Assembly (NCBI GenBank): GCA_965208835.1
Contig: OZ242358.1
Span: 1,568,001-1,632,000, forward strand
Reading direction: 5' to 3'
From: Candidatus Latescibacterota bacterium
GTDB taxonomy: Bacteria > Latescibacterota > UBA2968 > GCA-2709665
DNA: 64,000 nucleotides
Shown: positions 19,791 to 30,400 of the stretch, one piece after another
Position numbering within the stretch: the stretch's first letter is position 1
Layout of the letters: every line of letters starts with the position of its first letter
Notes under the pieces: generated by a model
The model's input: the letters and a program-made list of their open reading frames with translations, nothing else
The model's database searches: none
Told to the model about the DNA's origin: nothing
Made by a program: the position numbers and the translations under genes

Positions 19791-20513
19791 TTAATGTGCG
19801 TCGCCGGTATCAGACGCTCCCGGCAAATCCTTCCTGAAATACCGCTTGCGATATTCCGCCGGTGAAATGCCATGAATCCGGACGAACGCTTCGCAAAGGC
19901 GTTTGGACGAACGAAACCCACATTCGGCGGCGATTTCCTTCATGTACATTGTCGTTTCGGCAATTAACCGTTCTGCCCGGGCGATCCTGATCTCTCTCAG
20001 TTTTTCCCGAAATGTCTTTCCGAAATATTCTCTGAATAGCCGGCAACCGTATGACGGCGTAAACCGGAATTCACGCCTGACGTCATCGAAACACAGGTCC
20101 GGATTGCTGTAATTCGCATTCAGAAACGACTCCATCCACGTCATCCGAAAATTCCGTGAGTTCACGGAATTGTCTGGTGTTTCCGGTTGTTCCTCTTTCT
20201 GCCTGGCACGGTCCAATCTTCCCACAAGTTCAATCAGCTCTTCTGTCAGATCGAGGGGCGAGGCTGAAGTGACGACGAACAGCCTGGCCTCGATTCTCTC
20301 CGTACTCGAAGTCCCAGGTCGTGTTTTACCATGCACGATCTGTAGCTGCATGTCGGCAGTTGCAATGTCAAGGGCTCGGTTCAATAAATTCCTGAACCCA
20401 TTTGACGCAGTTTTCGCGAAGAAAATTTCATACGGAACCTCACCCAGGAGTTCCTCAAGCCTCGATTTGACTGCGGGGTCTCCCTCTAAAATGAGGGCCC
20501 TGTGCCGTACCAT
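19791..20513 (-). CDS. AraC-family regulator with degenerate N-terminal receiver-like domain
   Basis: C-terminal RLFREYFGKTF..LREIRI.RA.RL...IAAECGF......F....GISP.EYRK; N-terminal RALILEGD...DIATADMQL. Confidence 0.85.
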   Translation of the reverse strand: MVRHRALILEGDPAVKSRLEELLGEVPYEIFFAKTASNGFRNLLNRALDIATADMQLQIVHGKTRPGTSSTERIEARLFVVTSASPLDLTEELIELVGRLDRARQKEEQPETPDNSVNSRNFRMTWMESFLNANYSNPDLCFDDVRREFRFTPSYGCRLFREYFGKTFREKLREIRIARAERLIAETTMYMKEIAAECGFRSSKRLCEAFVRIHGISPAEYRKRYFRKDLPGASDTGDAH

Positions 20514-20516
20514 TTC

Positions 20517-21240
20517 AGGCGCAATCAAAACGTGACTTCCAGGGCGATTCCTTCCTTAAGTGACGACCAACGCGAGGGTTTTTAGGGAGACCCGACGATC
20601 CATAATCGATATCCGATATGGAAAAATAGTCCCGTATAGACTTCACCTCTCGTGACTGCTATTCAAACTATAATCATAATAGTATCGAATAATCTGCTCA
20701 CGCAATTCAAAAAGAATCCTTATACTTGTCATTTGTTCCGCGAATTTGCACTTTTCGATTGATTTAATTCAACACGATCCGACAATTCGTGAAATCGTGA
20801 TGAACCGCGCGGCCGATCACGTGATTCCAGTTGAAGGCACCGCTTGTTGCAAAGGCGTATGGAACGACGTATATCTCATGTCAGTGATCGGGTTTATGGA
20901 GCCATTTGAGGATCGCCATAATGGCGCCACGTGAAGATCGGCGTAATGGCGCCATTGCACCGATCATTGACAAGGCGCAATCGAAACGTGACTTCCGGGG
21001 CGATTCGTCCCGTAAATGCCGACGATTGCGCCGTTGTTTCAGGACAACTGGTGATCCATAATTGGCATCAAATACTATTATTCACTCTATATCTATCCAC
21101 GATCCCTGACTGCCGATCAATTAGTGAATATTATAATATCGAATAATCTACACGCGCAATCCAAAAAGATTCCCTGTATTTGTTATTTGCGCCGCAAATG
21201 TACACTTTTCGTTTGATCTGATTCAGCATAAATTACAATG
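20517..21240. repeat. Diverged direct duplication (~270 bp) of the regulator upstream region
   Basis: 20517-~20786 vs 20973-~21239: AGGCGCAATC.AAACGTGACTTCC.GGGCGATTC, GATCCATAAT, TATCGAATAATCT, CACTTTTCG.TTGAT. Confidence 0.75.
20879..20972. mobile_element. Miniature TG...CA inverted-repeat element (IS21-like ends), copy 2
   Basis: TGTCAGTGATCGG...CCGATCATTGACA with an extra 25-bp TAATGGCGCCA-containing unit. Confidence 0.6.
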
Positions 21241-21553
21241 TGACGCATTGTGCGACAGTCTCTTGCATCTTCTGAAACGGGGGCATTATCCGGATGTTCG
21301 GCCTGTATCAGATACAGAATTTCGTGAATCCGGTGCTATGAATAGAATATAAGTTATTCTTCTGTTATTGAGATTCTCCGTGTGTTCTGGGCGCAGAGCC
21401 ACCGCACTCCGCTGCTCCATCCACGGCTCATCGATTCTCTCGACAAATCATCCAAATCTTCAGTCCCACGCATTCGGACTGGCACCTCGATAGGATTCCA
21501 CACAGCGCCCCACGGCAAGCCGGGTTATCGTGCGGGATCGTCCCATTCCGGGC

Positions 21554-21582
21554 TTGACATTGTCCGGGCCGGGCTATATGAT
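21554..21582 (+). promoter_or_regulatory. Sigma70 promoter, probably giving a leaderless mRNA
   Basis: TTGACA-17bp-TATGAT; ATG 7 nt downstream and no RBS. Confidence 0.6.
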
Positions 21583-21589
21583 CCGTCCT

Positions 21590-22747
21590 ATGAAAACGGG
21601 CGGGGCGACGTTCGACGTTGTTGTGGCGGGCCTGGGCGCGATGGGGAGTGCGGCGGTATATCATCTGGCAAAAAGCGGCATGCGGGTCGCCGGCTTTGAC
21701 CGGTTCCACCCGCCCCACGCCCGCGGATCCTCGCACGGACACGCGCGGGTGATCCGCGAGGCCTACGCCGGCGGGCCCGAGTACGTGAATCTGATCAGGC
21801 GTGCTTACGCATTGTGGGAAGCCCTGGAAGATGAGAGCGGCGCGGAACTGTTCCGGACGTATGGACACCTCTCCATGCGGCCACCAGGCGGGGAGGAGCG
21901 CCTCGGTGTTCTCGAAAGCGCCCGTGCGTTCGATATCCCTGTCGAGCGGGTCTCGGCGGAAGACGTACGGCGGCGTTATCCCATGTTTCGGGTCGATGAC
22001 GGCTGGGAGGGCATCTTCGAACCACGGGCGGGCGCCGTGTTTCCCGAGGCATGCATCGATGCGCATCTGAGGCTGGCGCAATCTGCCGGGGCGGAGCTGA
22101 ACTTCGACTGTCCGGTTCTGGACTGGACCGCGGATGGGAGCGCGGTGCGTGCGAAAACGCGGTCGGGCGAAGTATCGGCGGACAGGTTCGTCGTCTGCGC
22201 GGGCGCCTGGGTCTCCCGGCTGGTGGCGGACCTGGCGCTTCCGGTGGAAATCGAGCGGATGACGCTGTTTTTCTTTCGGCCGCTGCAGAACCCGGGGATG
22301 TTCGTGTCCGGCCGCTGTCCGAACAATACCTGGGTGAACGAGGACGGGGTTTCGTTCTACTGTCAGCCGGACTTCGGGCGGGGTTTCAAGGCGGCATTGC
22401 ATTGCGGGCGCGCCGGGGTCAACCCGGACACGCTCGAGCGGAAGACGTCTCCGGACGACGAGGCTCAGATTCGTCCGCTCGTGGAGCGGTTCATTCCCGA
22501 CGCGGCGGGGCCCGTTGTCGAGAGCCACGTGTGCATGTATACCAATCTTCCGGACACCAGGTGGATTGTGGATTGCCACCCCGGGCATGAGCGGGTGATT
22601 ATCGCATCGCCCTGCTCGGGGCACGGGTTTAAATTTTCGTCCGTGATCGGAGAGATCGTGGCGAAAATGTGTATGGGCGAAACCGAAGCGGCGGATCCCG
22701 GGATGTTCGGCATCGCGCCGCTGCTGGCCGGAGGATCGCGGACATGA
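21590..22747 (+). CDS. solA: N-methyl-L-tryptophan/sarcosine oxidase family FAD oxidase
   Basis: GLGAMGSA, GSSHGHARVIREAY, CMYT, PCSGHGFKFSSVIG. Confidence 0.85.
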   Translation: MKTGGATFDVVVAGLGAMGSAAVYHLAKSGMRVAGFDRFHPPHARGSSHGHARVIREAYAGGPEYVNLIRRAYALWEALEDESGAELFRTYGHLSMRPPGGEERLGVLESARAFDIPVERVSAEDVRRRYPMFRVDDGWEGIFEPRAGAVFPEACIDAHLRLAQSAGAELNFDCPVLDWTADGSAVRAKTRSGEVSADRFVVCAGAWVSRLVADLALPVEIERMTLFFFRPLQNPGMFVSGRCPNNTWVNEDGVSFYCQPDFGRGFKAALHCGRAGVNPDTLERKTSPDDEAQIRPLVERFIPDAAGPVVESHVCMYTNLPDTRWIVDCHPGHERVIIASPCSGHGFKFSSVIGEIVAKMCMGETEAADPGMFGIAPLLAGGSRT

Positions 22748-23715
22748 CGATCCAGGACTACGTATCGTGGGCGGATTTCAACGACGACACGCTCCGGTTT
22801 TCAAGGGCGATCGGCGCGGATATGATCTGCCTGGACATTCGCGCAATGCACCGGCTGGATCCCTCGTTGGATCTGCGCGACGGCCGGGACAGCCGCCCGT
22901 TCTTCGAAGCCGCCAGGGAGAGGGTGGAAGACCACGGACTGACGTTGTTCAGCGTCTTTATGGCAGGATGGGACGAACTGGCTTTCGGTCTTCCCGATCG
23001 CGACGAAAAGCTCGAGGCGTGGTGCCGCATGTTGCGCTGTCTGGGCGAGGCGGGCATTCCCGCGCTGGGTTACAACTTCAAACCGATGGGTAACTTCCGG
23101 ACGGCCTCGACGCCGCCGGGCCGGGGCGGGTCCATTTACAGCACGTTCGATTACGATGCGTTCTCGCGTGACCGGCCCGAACCGCACGATCCTCCGGTAG
23201 ACGAGGCGGAGATCTGGGCGAATATGAAGCACTTCCTTGAGGTTGCGGTACCGGCTGCGGAGGAGGCCGGGGTGAAGATGGCGCTGCATCCTGACGATCC
23301 GCCCATCCCGGAGCCGCTTGGCGGCGTTGCCCAGATCGTGTCCACGCTGGAACAATATCGTCGAATCTTCGCCGCCGCGCCGGGCGACAGCAACGGGATG
23401 CTGTTCTGCCAGGGCTGCGTGACCGAAATGGGCGTCGACGTCTACGAGACGATTCGCGAGATGGGACTTCGCAACAAGATCGTATTCGTGCATTTCAGAA
23501 ACGTGCGCGGCGCACTGCCCAGCTTCCAGGAGGTGTTTCTGGATGAAGGCGACGTGAATATGCGCCGGGCGATGGAGGTCTACAGGGAGGTCGGGTTCAA
23601 CGGGCCTTTCATGATGGATCATACGCCGGGTATCCCCGGCGACGAGAAATCCAGGGCCGGCCACGCGTATGCCGTGGGGTATATCCGTGCGCTGATACAG
23701 ACGGTCTATGGGTAG
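22744..23715 (+). CDS. Mannonate dehydratase-like (UxuA family) paralog 1
   Basis: MALHPDDPP, FCQGC, VHFRNVRG, EVFLDEGD, MMDHTP, AYAVGYIRAL; ATGA overlap with solA. Confidence 0.85.
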   Translation: MTIQDYVSWADFNDDTLRFSRAIGADMICLDIRAMHRLDPSLDLRDGRDSRPFFEAARERVEDHGLTLFSVFMAGWDELAFGLPDRDEKLEAWCRMLRCLGEAGIPALGYNFKPMGNFRTASTPPGRGGSIYSTFDYDAFSRDRPEPHDPPVDEAEIWANMKHFLEVAVPAAEEAGVKMALHPDDPPIPEPLGGVAQIVSTLEQYRRIFAAAPGDSNGMLFCQGCVTEMGVDVYETIREMGLRNKIVFVHFRNVRGALPSFQEVFLDEGDVNMRRAMEVYREVGFNGPFMMDHTPGIPGDEKSRAGHAYAVGYIRALIQTVYG

Positions 23716-23774
23716 GTGGGCAAGGCGGTATCAATTCGCGTATGTCTGGTTTTGTAGGGGCATCCATTGTGGGC

Positions 23775-23970
23775 GTCCGATCACCGGGGAGACGTTAGAC
23801 GGCAGACGGGAGAGGACCACACCCCGCCACACCACCTGGTGAGAGGGGAGCCGGGAGAGGGTAGAGATCGCATGCCGTTTAAGGCTTTTTTTCGAGCCGC
23901 AGGCAAGTCGGAGGATCATATTGGCAATGGCTTCTTCTACCGTCTCCCCTCTTACCTCTACCGGCTTCAC
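23775..23970. repeat. Intergenic repeat family B, copy 2
   Basis: CCACCACCTGGTGAGAGGGGAGCCGGGAGAGGGTAGAGATCGCATGCCG...TTCTTCTACCGTCTCCCCT. Confidence 0.8.
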
Positions 23971-24045
23971 GAGAATTGGCAAGGGAACCGGGGACGTTTG
24001 GGGGTGGCGGGGTTTCTCGGTCAATCAAAAGGGAGGACGTTTAAA

Positions 24046-24999
24046 ATGTATATACAGGAACAGCTTCCGTGGGATCAGATCAACGACGATACGCTGAGTT
24101 TCTTCAAGGCGATCGGCGTGGACTATCTGACGGTGAACGCCATACCTCACGATGTGAGGGAGGGCACGGACCGCACGGAACTCTGGCAGGACGTGAAGAC
24201 AATGGCCGAATCCCACGGATTGAAGTTGACGAACCTGGCGGCAACCGGATGGGACGAAATATCGCTCGCGCTTGACGACCGCGACGAGAAGATCGAGGCC
24301 TGGTGCGGGCTGTTGCGGAGCATGGGCGAGGTCGGCATCCCCACGCTGGGGTACAATTTCAAGCCGGCGGGAAATTTCCGTACCGAATCCGTACCGCCAG
24401 GCAGAGGGGGCTCCAGATACAGTACATTCGACTACGAGAAGATGATGGAGGACCCGCCGTACTATCCCGACAAGGCCATCTCCGAGGAGAAGATCCTGGA
24501 GAATATCCGATACTTCCTGGAACGTGTCATCCCCGTGGCCGAAGAGAACGGCGTACGGATGGCGCTGCATCCCGACGATCCCCCCATTCCGGAACCCCTG
24601 GCCGGCGCCGCGAGGATCGTGTCCACCCTCGAACAATACCACCACATCTTCGACATGGTACCCAGCCGCAGCAACGCCATGCTGTTCTGCCAGGGGTGCG
24701 TAGCGGAGATGGGCGAAAACGTGTGCGACGCCATCCGGGATATCGGGGGCCGCGAAAAGATCGTCTACGTGCATTTCCGGAATATCCGGGGCGGTCCCCG
24801 GAAGTTTCAGGAGGTCTTCGTGGATGAGGGAGACCAGGACATGTACGAGGCGATGCAGACCTATAAGGAAGTGGGTTTCGAGGGACCGTTCATGATGGAC
24901 CATACGCCCGGTTTCCCGAATACGGATTCCACGTTCTGGGCGGGACGTGCGTTTGCGGTGGGGTATATGCGTGCACTGATCCAGGCAGTATATCGTTAA
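24046..24999 (+). CDS. Mannonate dehydratase-like (UxuA family) paralog 2
   Basis: Same motifs as paralog 1; GGAGG RBS before ATG 24046. Confidence 0.85.
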   Translation: MYIQEQLPWDQINDDTLSFFKAIGVDYLTVNAIPHDVREGTDRTELWQDVKTMAESHGLKLTNLAATGWDEISLALDDRDEKIEAWCGLLRSMGEVGIPTLGYNFKPAGNFRTESVPPGRGGSRYSTFDYEKMMEDPPYYPDKAISEEKILENIRYFLERVIPVAEENGVRMALHPDDPPIPEPLAGAARIVSTLEQYHHIFDMVPSRSNAMLFCQGCVAEMGENVCDAIRDIGGREKIVYVHFRNIRGGPRKFQEVFVDEGDQDMYEAMQTYKEVGFEGPFMMDHTPGFPNTDSTFWAGRAFAVGYMRALIQAVYR

Positions 25000-25038
25000 T
25001 CTATCGGTCTCCGGGATCCCCGGACACTGGAGGCGAGT

Positions 25039-26049
25039 ATGGCGGAGCGCCGAAAAACAGCAGAGACAGAAGAGACCGTAAACGAGAAAACCGTTCGCGT
25101 GGCGATGATCGGCGCGGGAGGTCGCGCAACCAGCGCGCATTACCCCTCGCTCAAGGCCCTGCAGGGCGTCGAGATGGTTGCCGTATCGGAACTGAGCGAA
25201 CAGAGGATGGCCGATGCGGCGGGACGTTTTGGCATTCAGGCGCAGTATTCGGATTACCGGCAGATGATCGAGAAGGAAAAACCGGATGCCGTCTATGCCA
25301 TCATGCCGCCGCATCATCTGTACGATATCGCGGCAACGGTGATGGAGATGGGTTGCCATCTCTTCGTCGAGAAACCCCCCGCGATGACAACCGAACAGAC
25401 CCGGCAGATGGCGCTGATTGCGCAGAAGCAGAATGTGCTTACCGGCGTGACCTTCCAGAGGCGGTTCGCGCCCGTCATCCGGTACGGGAAGGAACTTTGC
25501 GAGAAGCGCGGGGCCGTTCACAGCGCCGTGGCCACGTTTTACAAGAATGCCGTGGGCGGCGCGCCTTATTACAGGGGAGCGATCGATATCCTCACGTCCG
25601 ACGCCATTCACGCCGTGGACACGCTGCGTTATCTGTGCGGCGGCGAGGTGGAGTCCGTGGCCGGCGACGTCCGGCGGGAGGGCGCCACACATACCAACAT
25701 ATACCTTGCGCTGGTGAAGTTCAGTTCCGGGGCAACCGGCGTGCTGCTCACCAACTGGATGACGGGGCGACGCATCTTCTCGGTTGAAATCCATTCTCCC
25801 GGCATTTCTGTATTCGGGGACCCGGAAGAAGGCGGGCGTGTATTCGCCGACAACAAGGACGAACCCGTGGAAATGCTCGATCCTTTCCGCCTCGGCGGCG
25901 GCGACGACACATGGCGCGCCTACGGCGCGTACGATACCAACCGGCACTTTATAGACTGTATCAGGGGCGGGAAACAGCCTGAGACGTGTTTCGAGGATGC
26001 GGTGAAGACGATGGAACTGGTGGATCTGATTTACCAGTCGCAGATTTAG
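25039..26049 (+). CDS. Gfo/Idh/MocA oxidoreductase
   Basis: IGAGG Rossmann fold, VEKPPA, FQRRF, IHAVD. Confidence 0.88.
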   Translation: MAERRKTAETEETVNEKTVRVAMIGAGGRATSAHYPSLKALQGVEMVAVSELSEQRMADAAGRFGIQAQYSDYRQMIEKEKPDAVYAIMPPHHLYDIAATVMEMGCHLFVEKPPAMTTEQTRQMALIAQKQNVLTGVTFQRRFAPVIRYGKELCEKRGAVHSAVATFYKNAVGGAPYYRGAIDILTSDAIHAVDTLRYLCGGEVESVAGDVRREGATHTNIYLALVKFSSGATGVLLTNWMTGRRIFSVEIHSPGISVFGDPEEGGRVFADNKDEPVEMLDPFRLGGGDDTWRAYGAYDTNRHFIDCIRGGKQPETCFEDAVKTMELVDLIYQSQI

Positions 26050-26179
26050 TTTTCTTTCTCCGAATCGGGTCACCATTCAAGCTCCGGTTTTTCCGCGAAT
26101 CGCTTCAGATGCACAAATCGTCAACGCTTGTCTCCCCCTTTCCTTTAAGAGAGGGGACCGGGGTAACAGGTCGCCTAAA

Positions 26180-26432
26180 GGCGGTAGACGTAAGCCGGTA
26201 GACGGGAGAGAACCACACCTCGCCCCACCACCTGGTGAGACGTAAGCCGGGAGAGGGTAGAGATCGCATGCCGTGCAAGGTTTCCTGTCAGGCCGCAGGC
26301 GAGCCGGAGGAACATATCGGCAAGGTCTTCTTCTACCGTCTCCCCTCTACCGTCTCCCCTTATTTATTCTACCGTCTTACGTCTCCCGTCTACCCGCCTT
26401 TTTTCTACCGGCTCACCTCTAACGTCTCCCCG
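26180..26432. repeat. Intergenic repeat family B, copy 3
   Basis: Near-identical to the reverse complement of 37965-38160. Confidence 0.85.
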
Positions 26433-26531
26433 CTCTTGGCTGACGGCCGATAGCTGACAGCTGCTTTTTCTGATTCAGACAACCTGTTTCCGGAACCGGA
26501 CAAGACGCCTTTACCGATAGAAAGGATTAAA

Positions 26532-27350
26532 ATGAAATGCATCATGTTTACGAAACATCTGGAGGGCCTGGATGTCCCCGGCATTATCGCCGCCTTGAAA
26601 TCAGTCGGCGTGCAAGGCGCCGACCTGTGCGTGCGCCCGGGCTACCCGGTACATCCGGAGAATGTCGAAACGGCGCTGCCGGACGCCGCCAGGCTGTTCG
26701 CCGACGAAGGGCTGTCCATCCCCCTGGTAACCACACCAGGTGACTTCATCAAACCGGAGATGGAATACGCGGACCGTCTGTACGCGGCCTGCGGCGAAGC
26801 AGGCGTGAGGCATATCAAACTGGGGTACTGGCACTGGTCGGCGGGGATGGACTACTGGGAGGAACTGGACGCGGTACGCGGGCACCTCGAAGGCTTCCAG
26901 CGCCTTTCCGAGAAACACGGCGTCCAGACCGTGGTGCACAACCACTCCGGGCTCTCGATGGGCCTCAACTCCTGCGCGGCCATGAATGTGGTTAAGGACT
27001 TTGATCCTCGGCATATCGGCGTATTCGCCGATCCGGGGCATCTTTCCATCTGCGGGGAGCCGATCGAACTGGCGCTGAATATCGTCCGGTCGCACCTGTC
27101 GGTGGTGGCGCTGAAGGACCTGATCCGCCAGCCACTTGGACAGAAGGGCGGGACAACCTGGCGCACACGGGTGGTGCGGCTTGGCGAGGGATACGGAGAC
27201 TGGCCGGCGCTCTTGCGCGCGTTCAATTCGGTAAATTTCGACGGACCCCTGAGCTTCCACAGCGAGTACAGCGGGGAACCTGTGGACACGGTGATCGATC
27301 TGGCCAGATCGGACGTGCGGTTTTTCACTGCGCTGCGGAATGCAGGATAA
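26532..27350 (+). CDS. Sugar phosphate isomerase/epimerase (xylose-isomerase-like TIM barrel)
   Basis: DLCVRPG, HNHSG, DPGH, LKD, SFHSEY. Confidence 0.82.
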   Translation: MKCIMFTKHLEGLDVPGIIAALKSVGVQGADLCVRPGYPVHPENVETALPDAARLFADEGLSIPLVTTPGDFIKPEMEYADRLYAACGEAGVRHIKLGYWHWSAGMDYWEELDAVRGHLEGFQRLSEKHGVQTVVHNHSGLSMGLNSCAAMNVVKDFDPRHIGVFADPGHLSICGEPIELALNIVRSHLSVVALKDLIRQPLGQKGGTTWRTRVVRLGEGYGDWPALLRAFNSVNFDGPLSFHSEYSGEPVDTVIDLARSDVRFFTALRNAG

Positions 27351-27371
27351 CCGCGATACAACCGACAGACA

Positions 27372-27408
27372 GAAAAGGGCGGCCCGGAATCGGGTCGCCC
27401 TTTTTTTT
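27372..27408. terminator. Intrinsic terminator between convergent genes
   Basis: AAAAGGGCGGCCCG-GAAT-CGGGTCGCCCTTTTTTTT. Confidence 0.8.
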
Positions 27409-27424
27409 CTGCGTGATTGGGAAT

Positions 27425-30400
27425 TCAGTCCAGAATCGCCCTGCAATTCGCACGGATCCGGAACCGCCCGTCCCTTTGCCGGACAGCCGTGGCTGTGGGC
27501 GTGATCTCGATCGTGTCTCCCGGTCCGACGTCGTAGAGATAGGCGATATCGCCAACGCCGAATCCGGCGGAGAGGTCGTGCCCGCCAACCAGCCTGATGC
27601 CCGCATCCCGGCGGACGCCTGGCGCGTGAGGCGCCAGTTCGACGTCGTCAACGGGAAGCCAGTGCGCGTGGTCCCTGTCCGCAAGCCATGCGCCCCGGTA
27701 GTACCCCTGCGCCGCCATGTAAAGGTTGGTTTTCGTCGAGAGGCCGGTTCCGTCCGGGTTCCGACCCGTAATGACGAAACGGCCGACCCGGAAACTGTCG
27801 TCGCTGAACCGGATGCGATAGCGCCTGTCTCTGCCCTCCACGGCCGTGATGTTGTATGCCGCGGCACGTCGGGCGTTTCCGATGCGGGCGACGTCACCTT
27901 TGAGTGCCGCCGTGCGGAAGGCCTGGCTGTCCCGATCGCGTTCGACGGTAATTATGGAAGACCCCGGATCGATTTCCACGATACGCCCGCGAAGCGGTCC
28001 GGGTATCGAGAGGGTATGCCCGTCGGCGCTGATGCTTCCCTGGCCCGACTGGTGCAGGGAGACCAGCTTCCCCTCGTCATCGTGTCGCGCCATGCCGAAA
28101 CTGCCGCCGGATGGCCCGATGGCGTGGTGGATCGTATCTTCGCCGTATTGATGGCTGACCCGCAGCGCGAGGGTCTCACCGCCGGCATCCAGTTGCTCAA
28201 CGCCGTGGACTTTCTTTGTTCCTTTAAAGGGTTCATGAACGGCCACGAACCGGCTGGCCGCGCCGTCACCCGCGTTGCGGAGAAGCACGTACGTCAGTTG
28301 CTTCGGGTTGCCCGGCTTCCTGGGTGGATCTCCGTGAGCGACGATGGCCTCGTCCGAGGGCAGGAAGGTGGTACTCAGGCCGATGCCGTTTTTCACGTCG
28401 CGCCAGTTCGAGGACCAACTCGCTGTCGGATTCCCGCGCCGCGTGTCGTACAGATAGGAGTAGCCGCCCCCACGGTACGTGTAATACGACCGCCCCTTCC
28501 TTGACGGGTCGGTGAGACCGGCATCGTCGTAGATGGCGCCGAAGGGCACATCCCGGCCGGCAAGGGTACCCTGCTTCTGCGGAGGAGTAAGCGTAATACC
28601 GTCCACGGAAAACTTACCTTCGAATCCGTGCAGGCTGTAGTCGTGTTGGCTTCCGCCCTCCACGCGGAAGCAGTCGAGGAGGTAACGGGCATCCTTTGCG
28701 ATTTCGACGAACGCGAGCGTCCGCCGGTATTCGGACGTATGGTGATAGGTTTCCGGGGCGTCGACCTGCATCCAGGTCAGGCCTCGCGCCCTCACGAAAT
28801 GCTCGAGTCTGCCAGGCCCCTGTGAATCCTGCCGCCGGCCGTCCACGACAACCGTGGCGTGCGCCAGGGTGTTCTTCGTCCACACCGCGGGACGGTCTCC
28901 TTCTGCGGCGTGTTCGCCGTAACCGAGGTCGGGGATGAGTTTTCGACCGTACGCGAAGAGTTCGACGTTGAGACGGTCGAAATGCGCGTGCTCGGTGGCT
29001 GCCCGCCCGTAATATAGCGCCACGGCCGCCCGCTCGCGGCCTCTCCCGGACCGAAGCAGGGCCAGGCCGAAGCCGCCCATCAGCCTGCTTTCCGCCGCCA
29101 TCTCCTTCAGTTCGGCGGCGGCGTCCGCATGCGACGGTGGTTCCACCGGTTCCTCCAGAAGCGACTCGAAGCTGTCGAAGCCGGTCTCTCGGCCGCGCAG
29201 CAGTTCGCCAATGAGGGCATCTCCGGTGGCCCTGTACGCCGTCCGCAAGGTAGCGCTGTCAAGGGATACGTGGCCCCCGGTTGTGGTCCCGGCGTCGCCA
29301 ATGCAAGGGGTGAAATCGTCCAGGCACGTCATTTCCTCGGCCCAGCGGTACATACGACGGAACTTTGGCCTGTCCCAGATCCGTATGCCCTGTTCTTCCA
29401 GAAGGCGGGCGATGACCGTGAGGTGCGTGACCCAGCTGCTGTTGTAGCTGGGGGAACTCTCCCACCCCATGCCTTCCCGGAAGATCAGGTTGTCCAGAGC
29501 AAAGTTGATCCCTTCCGCATGGGCGGCCTTGTCCCGGAAGATGTATCCGTCGAAGTGGGTGAGCATCTCCTTCAGTTCCGTGGCTTCCCCCGTGTTATTC
29601 AGCGTCCATTCTACGGCTCTGTCGATCTCGTTCCGGTCTCCAGAGGCGAGCGCTGCGATCAGCAGGGCTTCCTGGTGCCCGCCGTAGTTGCTCCGGACGT
29701 GGCCGCGGTAGATTCCGTCGAGGCTCGCCCCGATGATGCCAGCCTCGACTTTCTTTCGGAATTCGTCCGCATCCGAACCGAAGACGGGGTCGCCGGGGAT
29801 GGCGTCGCAAACGGCGTCCAGCGCGTGGCATAGCCGCCGTACGGTCCCGGATTCAGAAATGAGATCGTTCATCTTTCCGGTATAGCCGGGCGAGAACTCC
29901 AGGGCGTACATGGACTGCCTGCTGTAGTCCATGTGCGGATAGACTTCGGCCAGACGGTCCAGAATGACGAGCGCCTTGTGCGCATATCTGCCGTCCCCGC
30001 TGAGGAGATAGGCCTGAGAGAGGGAGGTAAGGCCGGCAACAACCGTATTCCACGTACTGCAACAACAATAGGCGATGAACCAGTGGCGAAACGGTGTGTC
30101 GTCGCCCTGCCAGCCCCATCCATCGTCCGCGTACGGGCCGGTCAGCAGGCTGCGGTCCTCCATTCCGCTCCGGTAGAATGCCCCAAAGTCATTGCTGGGA
30201 TAGGATTCCCCGCCTATGGCGCAGGTGACGCGCCACTGGTCCTTGAAGGGATCGTGTATCCATCCGCCCTGCGCGTACCCGCCGTACCCGTTCGGACCGC
30301 TGCCGTGGACCGGACAACCGCTCACGAAGTTGATGGTCCAGCTGCGCGGTACTTCGGGACCGGGCATCAGACTGTGGATGAGATCCTGGTCCCGCTCCAG

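Noticed and set aside
24025-26076. 683-aa minus-strand ORF
   Set aside because: Antisense shadow of the uxuA-like and Gfo/Idh/MocA genes; no recognisable motifs; common in high-GC DNA.
26235-26453. [22 protein letters not shown]..., also appearing as N-terminal extensions of nthA and the second uxuA
   Set aside because: Translation of repeat family B; the true starts are 37947 and 24046.
27413-28504. Long plus-strand ORF opposite the heparinase gene (and similar ones opposite solA, nth/PhyH, TPR and rnr genes)
   Set aside because: Antisense shadows of well-supported genes.
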